Shown: piece after piece, positions 1-12,155 of the stretch
How the letters are laid out: every line of letters begins with the position of its first letter
How positions within the stretch are numbered: position 1 is the first letter of the stretch
DNA from: Catajapyx aquilonaris
Taxonomy: Eukaryota
Reading direction: 5' to 3'
Length of the DNA: 20,000 nt
NCBI GenBank assembly: GCA_000934665.2
Contig: KZ538492.1
Location: 46,887 to 66,886 of the forward strand
Position numbers and translations under genes: made by a program
The notes under the pieces: generated by a model
Database searches by the model: none
The model's input: the letters and a program-made list of their open reading frames with translations, nothing else
Told to the model about the DNA's origin: nothing

Positions 1-16
1 TGGTCGGTTGGGTGTA

Positions 17-36
17 TGTGTGTGTGTGTGTGTGTG
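17..36. repeat. (TG)10 microsatellite
   Basis: Read directly from the sequence. Confidence 0.9.
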
Positions 37-3000
37 GTGAGGGGGTCTAGATGTTCGGACTGGCCAAGCGCCAGAGAGAGAAAGTCGCAACGCAGCCCCC
101 CTCCCCACCCCAGCAACCTCTCTCGTTTTACTATCCTCCTGAAAGTCAGTTGCCTCCGTTCCGCCGCCAACGTCGGGAGGTCACTCCTGTAAAAGAGAGC
201 GGCCGTCCTTTTTTTTATATATATTATTATTGTGTTACGGGCACCCCGTGATTTCTCACTGCACGAATTGGCCCGGAATTGGCCTACCTCACCGGATCAC
301 TTGTTGCGTGTGGAACCTCTGGATGGAAAGGCAGAAGGTGTGTGTTTAGTGCATCCTTGCCAAGTGCGTAGTCTGGGCTTTTGAAAAGGAGAAGAAAAAA
401 AAGTGCGTGGGCGGATGTGCAGGGCTTAATTCGGGGTGATATAATATCCGGATAAGGTTTGTGTGTGTCCTCTTTAGTCCTGGAGTGATATGTGCAGCAC
501 GTGGCCAAGGCAACAGGCTACAGTGGGGGTAGAATAGATCAAAATATAGATCAACCCCTGCTGTTTTTATCTGGCAAAATAATACAAACACGATTGTCAC
601 GAGTGGGTGCGTCGGTATGGGTGGTAAACACGCACCTGATGCATCTGACCCAAGTCAAATTGCAAAACGTAGCTGGAGCGTGCTTGCACATTAATATTTG
701 GAAACATGGCTAAAAAGGACAACGCAACAATAATCGAGACGTAGTACACGGCCAAGGACATGGTTTTTCAATTGTTCGACCTAGCAACCTGTTGCAAAAT
801 TGGAAGCGACACGCGTTACGCAACGGATATATCGATTCATCCCAGTCTTGATTAGTTTCTGGCGCCTTGGGAGGAGTTTAGCATTACAGGCTGTAATGAG
901 CGACAAAGTTGCAACTCTGGCCAAAAGCCGTGGCGAAAAACAGTATTTTGTATCCGCGCGTTGGAGCGTGTCGCAACGGAATTGACGGAATGTGCAAACA
1001 GCAAATGTATGGAGGTGCGGACAGTGTGTCGCCTGGACCAGGACACTTTGTCGCCCCTGATGGGAGGGTGCCCTTTAAACAGTTCGCCCTTTGACTGCGC
1101 GCGACGTGACGTAAGGAAATGGTGACGAAAACTTGCTTGCTAGCCTGGGAACAAGCGATAGGACCCCCCCCCCCCCTCTCCCCCCTCCCTCCCTCCCGAT
1201 AGATAGATACACACACCCGATAGATTTGATGGACAGGCATAGGACATTCAACTGGCAACTCTCACCCCTGATTGGGGGAGGAGGAACACCCACGCAAACA
1301 ATAACAACTTTTTATTATTCTGTCCGAGGGGCAGTGGACAAATTGGACAATTTGTCATTTTTATAAGGAGTCCGCAGCAGGTTCGTTATGTTGTTATCAA
1401 AAATTGTGGCTGCACCCTGTACGTTGCGTATATACAAGTCAATTTTTCAGTCGAAGGGAAATGGAATTTCCTGTTTACATCCTATATCGTAGGTTCATAC
1501 TTTGCGCGTAAATAAGACTGTGAAGGTCCCAGTGTGATTCACACAGGTTTTTATAACAGGTGAGACGTCGGCGTCGTAATGAGTAAAAACTCTGACAAAC
1601 GGTGTACCGCTGCGCACGTGCAGTATCCTCCGACACGTGCTACCCAGCACACGTGTTTGGTATGGAGTTTGCCCCCGCGTGTGTTACAGGAAGCTACTCA
1701 TTGAATAATCTTCATACGCTGACTTCCGCGTAGTTCCCGCCTCGTATACGTGTTCTTCAGTTACAACCGCGTGCAACAAAGTAAACAAGCGTGTATTTAT
1801 ATCTTCTCGACGCTTTTTGATTCGAGATACCAAACAACAAGCCCGCCCCCCTTTCTGGGCCCTTTCTGGGGTCGAACAAACTGCTGCGCCATATACACAA
1901 ACACGTACTGTGCATATCGTGTGACTTGGGCAGACTGTATGTCGTTGTAGCATTTGGCACCCTATTCAAAGCACTACAGGGGGCTTCGAAATAGGGCGCG
2001 ATTATGAAACACCATTTGCTACAAAGTTCCGCACCTGCGACACTTTGTTTATGGCAATTTATTAACTTCTCAGATGGGGGCCTCTATTAGGAGTGTGGGC
2101 TGGGTTTCTCTTGGCGACGGACTTGACGACGATGTCTCGTGCGTAGGATGCGTTTATTTTCTGCCTACCGCGGGCTTGAAAAGGTCGGGCTGTTTTCCCC
2201 CATCCTGAATCTCTCAGCTTCCCCTCGACCTTTAAAAAAAACATGAATTGATCGATAGGAATTTGGCCCACGCATTGTAACCTATAGGAGCATCAGTCAG
2301 GACATGGAAAATGTCATAGAGATAGCCCACCCGTCCCATTCATCCGGCTGCAGTGTCATTCATGCTACCGGATGCACGAAGTTGATTATCATTATTTTGG
2401 TGGCACCGTAAATGTCATTGGTATATCCGGACTTAATGAGCAGTATTACGTATGTGTTAGGCAGGTGCACTGTAATGGCCTGGAGTGCTGTAATGGCCAT
2501 CAGGGATGATAGTCGTCAGGCGGAATATAACTTGGCAAATAGGCGTGGTCGCTTCTTTTTTTCCCGGAGACGGATGATGATGTCCAGCCTGGGGAAGTTT
2601 GTATGGGAAACCTCCATATTACATGCAGCGTATTTGTCGCCGATAATGACCCACCCTCCGCCCTCCACTTCTTCCCGGTTGAGCAAATACGACTAGGTTT
2701 GCTTTTGGTGGGGCCACCCAAAGGAGAAAGAGGGGGGGTCCAAGGATTCATTACTACTGCGATTATCTGCATTTTGAGCTATTTATAATGCTGATGGGAT
2801 TGCTCCACATTGGGGGGGGGGGGTTAAGTCTATTATTGGATAGTACAATTAGTGTCCATCGCAGTTTTTTTAAAATATATTTGTTTGTCAATAAAACGGA
2901 GGTGGACATATACAATGGGCGGTGCATTGCAGACTCGGGCGGACTAATACGCACTATCCACGCAGTAGTATTTCATCAGTCGTGCCTCAAAGGCATTTTA

Positions 3001-5675
3001 TTTCACGGCCGTCACGGTCAATCTGCTTTCGCCAGGCGTATAAGCCCCAATCGCTCCTGACGACTCGGCCGGATTCAAATCGTCCGAGAGTGAATCACAC
3101 TCTCGGCCATGGTCATTTTTGGCCTTTTTAAACCCACATGTCAACGTGCACACACACACACAAAAAAAAAAAAATGCGTCACACTGTTGTAGGCCGGAAT
3201 TTTTCATTTCCCCCCGATTTTTTACAGACAAATATGTAAAAACAAATTTAACAGAAAATAATTCAGGCACACCTGGATTGATATTAATCGATATCAGTTC
3301 ATTTTAATCGATATTAATGTATTGATGAATGAATTTGTAATGCCATTTAAGTGCCACTGATGGTTAATTTGAGGCCGTCTGGCATTTACTTCTCAGGTAG
3401 CGTGCACGTGGCCTTTTGAGGGAGGTGTTGCCCCGTTCAAATTGTGACATAATAACCAGGCGGTGATGTATGAATGGGGTGCATCGATCCATTGCATCGA
3501 CCTCCCTGCCGTTATTTGTGATGGTGTTACCTTTTTTTATATAGAAAAAAAGGAAAAAAGGAAAAGAGGCAAGCTAGGCCAAACGTGCAAGAATAAGAGT
3601 CTGTCATCCGTGCTGGCTGAACCTTGGTGCTGTGTACGTGTTCGGTGCTTGCTTAACTGTGGACGGCATTCCTTGCATTCTTGCACTCCCCCTGGTTGGA
3701 ATGCCAAAAACCGGAAATTCTGCCCGACTCTATCAAAGGAGCTGTTCTGATGACGTATAGTATTTTTGTGAGGGGGGTATAGAAGACAAGAGGACATTTG
3801 GGAGCTTGGAATGCAAGGTTGTGTCGTCACGTCTTCCGGATACCTCCCCCGCAAATGTTCATTGCTCTTAGTGACACGCTTAATTGACAGCCTAACCCAG
3901 GGTTTAATGCTTCCTTTTGGAAGCCCGCTGTGGGTGGGCTTGAAGGGTGAAATGCAATTAAGGTCATACCGATTTTCTGTCGAGAGCTTCCGGTTACTCA
4001 ACGAGTCCTGTTGTATCTTATGGAGTCCACGTGAATATTGAACCTTGACTCCACAGGGTGCTCGAACGAGGAAACTGATATTTTTATTAGTCACCTTTCT
4101 ATAAGTGCAGTGCAAGTGCTTACGTTGCTGCACTTCGCATTAATGGCCACACCGGCCTTGTCAGCATGATTGTTTACACGATGCAAATATTTGCAACTTG
4201 TACAGTGTACAAAAAGACAGATGCACGTTGCACAAAAATTGAGTGCTATAGCACACTGAGATGTCCTTGGGACACCCACCGTTGTCTGGCTCGTGACCTG
4301 CATGGACTGCGTTGAAGGCATGAATACACAAGTACGTTTGGGTACGGATAGTCTGGTGTAATCGAAGTTGTTTCCAGGCCTGTCGTGGAAATGTTAGTGT
4401 GTGCGGTGACGTCCCTCGTTTGGCTCTAGAGATTGCGTGTTGATCGGAAGGAAGGTCGTCCTGCCAAAGGTCACACTCTTTCTAGATCCACACACACATA
4501 AAATCGACCCCATCAGCAAAAGGGGGCAAAAAAATATCAGGGACTTGAGGAGGGCTTGAATATTGTAATCTGACCACTTTTGCATTGTTGCTACACAATT
4601 CTTGGCTCTCTCTCTTTTTTTTTTTTGCGAGGTCTTTTCCCGACAACCCAAATAGGCATGTCGCGGATTGTAGGGGGGTGGAAGGGGGGGCTGAAAAGAA
4701 GGGGGCGGTAAAGCTTGGCGCCTGGTGCCGACTCCTAAAGTTGTTTGGGTCGAAACTCAAAATAACAGCTTGTAAGAAGGGAGTCCAGGCGAAGATGAGC
4801 CTAGGCCGCCATCAATGAATGGATTCTTGTGAGGAAAAAATAGCTGAAAGAAATTTAACCTAGTTAAAATATTATATATAAGAGCTTGTAATCAGCAGGA
4901 TGTGAGTAAACATGTTCAATTCATGGGATGATTTTGTAATATATTTGCTATCTTGTCCTACAAGAATAATTGCGGAATGTTTCGTTTTATGGCTTGATAA
5001 CTGAAGGAAAAACTAGTGGTCTGTCATATGTGGGGGAGGGGGGGACGCCTTACTTATCTGAAGACTTAGGACTGTATCAGTTTGATTGGTGCATCGACTT
5101 TCCCAGCATGTGGATGTAACGTGCGAATCCTGAGAAAACTTGGGCGAACACACAGAGAATTGTATTTCAAAATTGCATACTGGAAGATGATAAGGAAGAT
5201 AATTATTTTTGCATAATGGGCAAGAAGGTGACATGATGCACATGCATCATCAGGTCATTAGTCGTGAGTCATCATAAGTAGGCTACTCAAATCATGAGGT
5301 TAGTACAGGATGCAGGTAGGGATTATCTGGAAATTGTGCAAGGTTAGGAAGAGTAACTATACAGTATAATAGGGACGGGTGGCTGAAATTATGCAAAGTG
5401 ATATCAGCATTTACTGAAATGAGGGGGAATTATCTTGCCTGGAAACGGATTCTCGATATATCATACCAGTACAGTATTGTAAGTGCAGAGTCAAGTTCTA
5501 CAACCGGCCTACTGTTACATATGTTAACAACGGTTACATCTCTTACGGTGAACAATCCTTGGGTAATAAATAAGTCATTGAACTCATTTTCACAAGTTAG
5601 TATAATTATTATTGGAGCCTGAGTGTGATTTTTGGATTTCATTTCCCATCAGTAATAAGGTGATCCTCTTTTCAG

Positions 5676-5969
5676 CTGGAACCTGCTAGTGATGCTGATG
5701 GTGCCAGGTCAAAGGACAAGTGCACTGGGTGACCTCTGGAGGTGAATGAAACTAGAGATTCCTGATGACGATAAGAAGAGGCGAGTATTTTAAATATTCA
5801 GGGTGCAGTAATAGGAATCCTGCCAGTGAGACCCAGGATGAAATAAGAGACCACCCGAGGGAGGAACTCTCAGAGGAAGCGTCCAACCATAATGGCTGAG
5901 GACATGAGCCTGACTCTGTCTAGCCAAAGTGCATTCAGCTGGATGACTGGGAGTGCAACAGGCAGTCAG
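5676..5969 (+). other. Putative 5' UTR exon of VKR, splicing to 6081
   Basis: Acceptor cctcttttcag| at 5675, donor CAG|GTGTGT at 5970, and next acceptor ttcttgcgtacag| at 6080. Based on splice signals only; no transcript data. Confidence 0.4.
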
Positions 5970-6164
5970 GTGTGTAATTTGTCTAGTGAACCAAGGTGCA
6001 AGTCACTAAAAGATCCTGTTTGAGGGAAATGATCAAATGCGTCTCCTGATATAACTGAACAGTAACATTCTTGCGTACAGGAAATGTCAGAGGACATGCC
6101 CGGAGAAAAGAGTTTGTGAGGCAGGAAAACAGATGAAGCTCCTGCTGCAACAGGTCAAGCAAAT

Positions 6165-6387
6165 ATGTTGAAGAGAGGTGGTGAGTCCCAACATGTGATC
6201 ATCGAAGATGGTGCCTTGAACCAGCACCCACTGCCACTGCCTCCTCTATCATCGTCACTGCTGCGTCGTCCACTACAGTCACTGCCACTAGTTCTGCTTG
6301 TGGTGTTCCTGGTGGTGGTGGCTCCTCTGAAAGCATCTGCAACCTCATCTTTGCAGAATTACAACAGGTGTCTCGCAGACATTGATG
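6165..6387 (+). CDS. VKR: VKR coding exon 1: start codon and hydrophobic signal segment
   Basis: First in-frame ATG after the TGA at 6117-6119; hydrophobic run LPLVLLVVFLVVVAPLKASA; strong donor G|GTGAGT at 6388, phase 1. Confidence 0.75.
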
Positions 6388-9300
6388 GTGAGTGAGCCTC
6401 CTTATCCTACAGCATTAGGGTTTTATGACTTTTTTCTATTGCTCAATGCAGAAGTTAGACCACAACGATATGTGTACCTGGACAGCGCCCTTCATTTGAA
6501 CTTAGAGACCTCCGACCGACTGAGCCATCGCTTATCCACCGAAGTTCTGGCCATCTTTCTTCGAGAGAGGCTTGGGTACACAGACGTAGCAATCGTTCAG
6601 CGTCCAGACCCAGACTTCAACGCCACTGCCATTTTCCACAGGCTCTCTGGACTACATTCTGCTAATAGGTTAGCTGCATTCAATACTGAGTGATAATGGG
6701 TGTCGTCTGACATGTGATGATTGAATATATCAGTTGCTGGTGAGGCTGTTTAAGGTCTCTCTGTAATACGCACTACCTGCTATTTACAGGCAGAGAGTAT
6801 TGTAGTTCCTTTTTATGGGAGGTATTTAGATTGGAGAATTTTTTATGGCTGCTACAATGCCCATTTCTAGGCTGTAAATTGAAAGATGCATCTCGTATCA
6901 TTGACATTGACAGCACATTCTTGGCCCATGAATATTTGGAACATGAAGAAATCCCAAGCTGACTTTTCTCCTTTCCTGGTAGCAGCATTCCAGACGCAAT
7001 GGTTAACCTGGAGGTGTGGCTGCCTCCAGGCCTCGACACCCGTCACCAACCAACTGCTAACCACATAGAGCTGTGTGGCTTGCTGGGACCTGCAGGCAGG
7101 CTGGGATGGTTTCTGCCGGAGAGACTGGCCCCGCCTCAACTCCACAACTGGAGGGACTTGCAGAATCCAGCAGTGTCATCCCTCCTGAGGCCCTCTCCGG
7201 CAATCCATGGTGCTTTCTGGGCGGACCTTACCAGGCTTGCACTCAACCACTCCTCAGGAGGGTATTTCTGCCAAGAGTCTTTCTGCTTCAACGGGACATT
7301 TACTCCACCGAGCTGCAGGGTAATTCCGGAGGAGCCAATGGCACCTGAAGGAGGACCTTGTGCTCTTCTTTTGGCTGATTACCCTGGTAGGTCACTGAGA
7401 TGTGAACAGAAAGTTTTGGGGAGTGCCAATTTTAGAGAAGCTAAGGTACAGGTTCTAACTGTGGGCTTTGAACTGACCTATAATAATTCAGGACCATTGA
7501 GGTTTTATTACGATTTTCTTGTAGCTAAAGCTGACAAAGAGAACTGTAGTTTTTTTCCCTCGCCTCCAGCTATACAGCATTGCAATCCTAGCAGCTAGAT
7601 AATACAGTTTCAAGGTCTAAGCTTGCCTTCAGTATGTTTGGGATTATTAAAAGCAAATATTGATAACAGAAATCAAAGCCTGGAATAATTTTAAAATCAA
7701 TATGGAACTATTGCTGAATAAGAAATGTTGGAACATTATCCATATCCGCTTGCAAATCAAGATCGAGTGGCTATTGGCTTGTTGCCAAGGAAAATTGCCC
7801 AATGATTCGGGACTTCCCCACTTGTGATTGCAGGTTACTTCATGCTGTTTTCAGTATGATAATATCGTTTTATATAGTTTCCATTTAGAAGAGCATGAAA
7901 TATGCATTATTGGATTGCCTGATGTGCCTCGTTTACCAAGGATGAGAAATTGCTGCCAGCTTGCTACACTTTACTCAGGCTAGCCTTGGGTGTTTATGAG
8001 ATAAGATTGGCAGGACTGCCTTGCCCACGGGAGGGAGCATAACAATGCTCTGCCGAGTTTCGGCTCGTTAGATTAAACGACTTCATTATACCTGCCATGA
8101 AGCTAAATAAAAGTAAAACTGGATTACATGCAAGCACATGTTGAAAATTTTTGCTGGCATGTCTCATGGAGTTGTTAACATGGCCCATTTCTGAAAATTG
8201 CTATGTTGATTTATTACAAGTCACATACACTATTGTCCTTCAAGTGTTTGTGTAGCTATAAGGGCATGCATTGTGCATTTCCTGTGATATAATTTTTCCT
8301 TTACTTCCTGGTCATCTTTCTCAATGCATTGGTTGCTTTGTTTCAGAATCAACCAGGTACCTTTGGAGACAGATAGAAGATCAAGGCCTGTTGGTGCAAG
8401 TGGTCTGGGTGGGTCCTCACCTGGAGAGCGTGGTCAAGCGCTGGTTGTTGGGAGGAGGTGGAGGTGACGTTGTCTTCATGTTCCTGGGATGGACCCCAAG
8501 CGAGTTGGTCCCAGGTGCTAACCCCTACCCGACCACTGAACCTTTCCCCACCGTTGGCCCTTTCCCTGGTGCCAGTCCCTACATGGAGCCGCACCCCTTT
8601 CCAGTAATCCCAGAACCTATGAGAATGGTTGAGCAGCTTCCGTGTGGGAGCTATTTCCGGAGTGACTGGCAGGGTGGGGAGGAAGAGTACGGAGAGGGTA
8701 GAGGGGGACCAATCTCATCGCTAGGAGGAGAAATAGGCGAAGAGTGGCAGTGCAGGTATGAGCTGCGGCGTCTTGAGAAGGCATCATGGGCAAGGTTGAA
8801 GCAAGCTGCTCGGCCTGCATATGAAGCAGTGCACCGTGTTTCCTTCTCCCCGATGGAGTATGCAAGACTGCTGAGCATGTATGCTGAAGAAGATCCAGAG
8901 CTGCCAGATCGAGTTCGGGTGTGGTCAGCTGCCTGCAGGTGGATGCAAGATCCAGAGCATCGATTAATCTGGCGTAACTGGGTGCCTGAACTCTCCACAC
9001 GAGAGGAGATGTACATTGGAGGCATCTTTCCCATGAGCGGATCACTGATGGCACGTGGAAAGGGAATCGCCCTTGCGGCTCGAATGGCTGCCAATGCAGT
9101 GAATGCCAATGACACCGTGCTGCGTGACTATCACTTACGTTTGTGGGTGCAGGATGGACAATGCAGTGCTGACAAAGTGATGCACAGCTTCATTGATTAC
9201 ATTCGCCGATCCAATTTCAACACGATGGCCGGCATCCTGGGACCAGCATGCTCTGACACACTGGAACCCTTGGCTGGTGTATCACGTATATACTCAACAG

Positions 9301-12155
9301 TGGTCATTAGTTATGGAGCAGAAGGGTCAACGTTTTCAGATCGCGACAAATACCCGTATTTCTTCCGAACAATTGGTGAGAACAAGCAATACCGTCATGT
9401 GTACATGCAGCTGCTCCATAAATTAGGATGGGAACGTGTTGCTTCATTGACTGAGGATGGGCAGAAGTATGCTGAGTACTTGTCGCATCTGCAAGACTTA
9501 CTGCAAGCAAATGGGGTTGCATTTGTTGCCAATCGCAAGTTCCCACGTGAGAGACTCTCTGCATCTTCCGCTGCAATTAACATGTCACAGTACCTTGAGG
9601 ACCTTCGATCAAAACGAGCACGGGTCATAATAGCTGACTTGTTTGACCGTGCAGCACGTGCTGTGATGTGCCAAGCATACCTACAGCACATGACGATGCG
9701 TGAAGGATACGTCTGGTTTCTGCCATCATGGTCTGATCCAGAATGGTACGACACTGACAGGTACAACGGACCACCAAGACTCGAGGGTGTCCCATGCAAC
9801 ACTTCCCAGATGGTGCAAGCCATTAATGGCCACCTATCACTGACCCAAGCCAGCTACGGGGATGACAACCAGATGATTCAAGAGCCAAACATGACAGTGC
9901 GTGACTGGAAAGAGAAATACCAAACAGAATGCAGGTATGCACCAATACTACCAAACTAATAATCCACATGTTTAATGCTGCTCCTCTTCTGTTGGCAGAA
10001 ACAATGGGGTGGACCCATCCGACTATGCTGGATATGCGTATGATGCTGTGTGGACCTATGCGAAAGCCCTGGACAACCTCCTGGAGCTCAACAGGTCCTT
10101 CGCAGCCAACCTTCACTCTGAAAATGCCACAGCACAACTGGTCAGAATCATCAATGAGACTGACTTCATGGGAGCTTCGGGACACATCAGGTTCTTTGGT
10201 GGGCCGTCCAGGTTGTCAACCATCAATGTGCTGCAGTGGGTCAACAACAGGACCAATAAAGTTGGCATCTTCAGGCCAAGGCTGACTGAGGATGGAAGGG
10301 AGGCTGCCATCGAAGGAGGAGAGTGAGTACATGTTGTAACAGTAGTTTGTGAAGTGCACCTTTTGCAACTAGATGTAATGTGCCTTGGTTTTCAGATTGC
10401 AGTTGAACTTGTCAGCCTTGGTTTGGCTGACTCCGGATGGGCAGAAACCGGACGATGGGCGAGAGCCACCTTCCAGATGCGTTTTAGAGGGCTTGGCTAA
10501 CTTCCTCAACGTCGACTGTGAGGTGGCCATTGTGGTAGTCAACATAGTGGGCTTTGGAGCATTGGCCATCATTCTCTTCATCTGCTTCGTGGTGGTTAAG
10601 AGAAAGTAAGTTGCCTTCATTCACATTTGAAATTAATTTTTTTAGTTGAGTTAAAATTTGTTGTACAGCATTTGCGAACCAGTTGAATATCCTGCTTTTT
10701 GTTTGCATTGGCCAGGTTAAAATTGTTTTAAAAAGCTGATGGTGCAAATTGGTTGACTGAAGTACGTTTAGGCAGAACTCTTGTTCAATGATTGACCCAA
10801 TATCTCTTCATCGCAGGTATGACCGCAAGGTACAGGCTACTCGTGACTACTTCCGCTCTCTCGGCATTGACTTGGAGTCAACCACAAGCCCTGGCTCCTT
10901 GGACAAATGGGAGATTCCTCGTGAGAGGGTTGTCATCAACCGCAAGCTTGGAGAAGGTGCTTTTGGCACTGTGTATGGTGGTGAGGCTTCTCTTCAGGAA
11001 GGTCAAGGATGGGTGGCAGTGGCAGTCAAGACTCTCAAAGTTGGGTCATCTACTGAGGAGAAGCTGGATTTCCTCAGTGAGGCGGAGATAATGAAACGGT
11101 TTGATCACCAGAATGTAGTGCGCCTGCTGGGCGTGTGCACCAAGAGTGAGCCTGTGTACACTATCATGGAATTCATGCTGTATGGTGATCTAAAGACATA
11201 CTTGCTGGCCCGTCGACATTTGGTCAACCAGGCAGATGGTGAGGAAGAGTCAGATGAGGTATCTGCCAAGAGACTTACTGGAATGGCACTTGATGTTGCT
11301 CGTGCCCTCAGCTACCTGGCTGAGTTGAAATATGTGCATCGTGATGTTGCCTGCAGAAACTGCCTTGTGCATGCAAGCCGTGCAGTCAAACTTGGGGACT
11401 TTGGCATGACAAGGCCGATGTATGAGAATGATTACTACAAGTTCAACAGGAAGGGGATGCTTCCGGTGCGATGGATGGCACCCGAGTCGTTAGGCCTTGG
11501 GATATTCTCTCCCATGTCGGATGTCTGGTCCTTTGGGGTTCTTCTGTACGAAATAGTCACATTTGGTAGCTTCCCATTCCAGGGGCTAAGCAACAATCAA
11601 GTGCTGGAACATGTGAAGGCAGGAAACTCCCTGTGTGTGCCGCAGGGGGTGAAGCCACAGCTGGAAGGGATGCTGAGGTCATGTTGGAGCGTGAATGCGC
11701 AGAAGAGACCACATTCATCAGAACTGGTTGAGTACCTGGCAAACAGTCCCAGGTTGGTCTGTCCCTGCTTGGACGTGCCGTTATCTTCAGTGCAAATTGA
11801 GGGTACAGATCAGCTTGAGTTGAACCTGAGTGAGAAGACTCGCAAGTGTTCAGTGTCAGTTGGGGACGTGGGTGGGAGTGGGAATGTTGCTGCCACCAGC
11901 TCCGCTTCCACAAACTTGCCGCGATCGGACGACGCAACCTCAGTTCCTCTCCTGGAAAACGGTGGCCACTCCAGCCGTGCTGGGACCTCGGTGAGGGACC
12001 CCCTCCTACCTCCCACCTCCCCCTCCAACCCGGTGTTCATTAGGCCGCATCGGCCATCCTCGCCAGACTACAGCAAGGAGTTGCTGCTGCACAACAACCC
12101 TCACCACACCCCAAACAATCCACACCACAACTCGCAAGCTGTCAGCCTCCTTTAG
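6165..12155 (+). CDS. VKR: Venus kinase receptor (Venus-flytrap ectodomain + TM + insulin-receptor-like tyrosine kinase); join(6165..6387,6452..6668,6986..7386,8347..9934,9999..10322,10396..10605,10817..12155), about 1433 aa
   Basis: Seven consecutive ORF segments are joined by GT-AG introns with matching phases (1,2,1,2,2,2); spliced length 4302 nt is a multiple of 3 and ends in TAG. The VFT domain (YIGGIFP, GILGPACS, ISYGA, YPYFFRT, YAYDAVW), one TM helix and an InR-like kinase (DFGMTRPMYENDYYK, LPVRWMAPE) together define the VKR family. Confidence 0.92.
6452..6668 (+). CDS. VKR: VKR coding exon 2
   Basis: Acceptor ttttttctattgctcaatgcag| at 6451 in phase 1; encodes EVRPQRYVYLD...SHRLSTEVLAIFLRERLGYTDV; donor AG|GTTAGC at 6669, phase 2. 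Confidence 0.82.
6986..7386 (+). CDS. VKR: VKR coding exon 3 (alternative start at 6983 through a tandem TAGCAG acceptor)
   Basis: Polypyrimidine tract then TAGCAG (6980-6985), phase 2; encodes IPDAMVNLEVWLP...GPAGRLGWFLP...CALLLADYP; donor G|GTAGGT at 7387, phase 1. Confidence 0.82.
8347..9934 (+). CDS. VKR: VKR coding exon 4: end of the N-terminal binding module and most of the Venus-flytrap domain (from about 9009)
   Basis: Acceptor tgctttgtttcag| at 8346, phase 1; long stop-free frame with ANF-receptor/GABA-B-like motifs; donor AG|GTATGC at 9935, phase 2. Confidence 0.92.
9999..10322 (+). CDS. VKR: VKR coding exon 5: C-terminal part of the Venus-flytrap domain
   Basis: Acceptor cctcttctgttggcag| at 9998; YAGYAYDAVWTYAKAL and TDFMGASGHIRF are typical VFT motifs; donor GA|GTGAGT at 10323, phase 2. 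Confidence 0.92.
10396..10605 (+). CDS. VKR: VKR coding exon 6: juxtamembrane region and TM helix (about 10523-10597)
   Basis: Acceptor ggttttcag| at 10395; TM VAIVVVNIVGFGALAIILFICFVVV followed by KRK stop-transfer residues; donor AA|GTAAGT at 10606, phase 2. Confidence 0.92.
10817..12155 (+). CDS. VKR: VKR coding exon 7: entire tyrosine kinase domain and C-terminal tail
   Basis: Acceptor ctcttcatcgcag| at 10816; motifs GEGAFGTVY, VAVKTL, HRDVACRN, DFG, YENDYY, LPVRWMAPE, SDVWSFGV; stop TAG at 12153-12155. Confidence 0.95.

Noticed and set aside
146..180. Inr (TCAGTT) core promoter
   Set aside because: No matching DPE at +28 to +32; a lone hexamer is expected by chance.
3537..4133. 198-aa minus-strand ORF
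   Set aside because: No recognisable domain, no true ATG start, composition typical of non-coding DNA.
4660..4907. Possible first non-coding VKR exon ending at the GTGAGT donor at 4902
   Set aside because: Supported only by one donor-like hexamer; cannot be established without transcripts.
8349..10310. Several antisense ORFs of 65-154 aa
   Set aside because: Shadows of the VKR coding exons on the opposite strand.
9009..10430. GABA-B receptor or receptor guanylyl cyclase assignment
   Set aside because: Only one TM helix follows, then an intact tyrosine kinase; no 7TM or cyclase domain.
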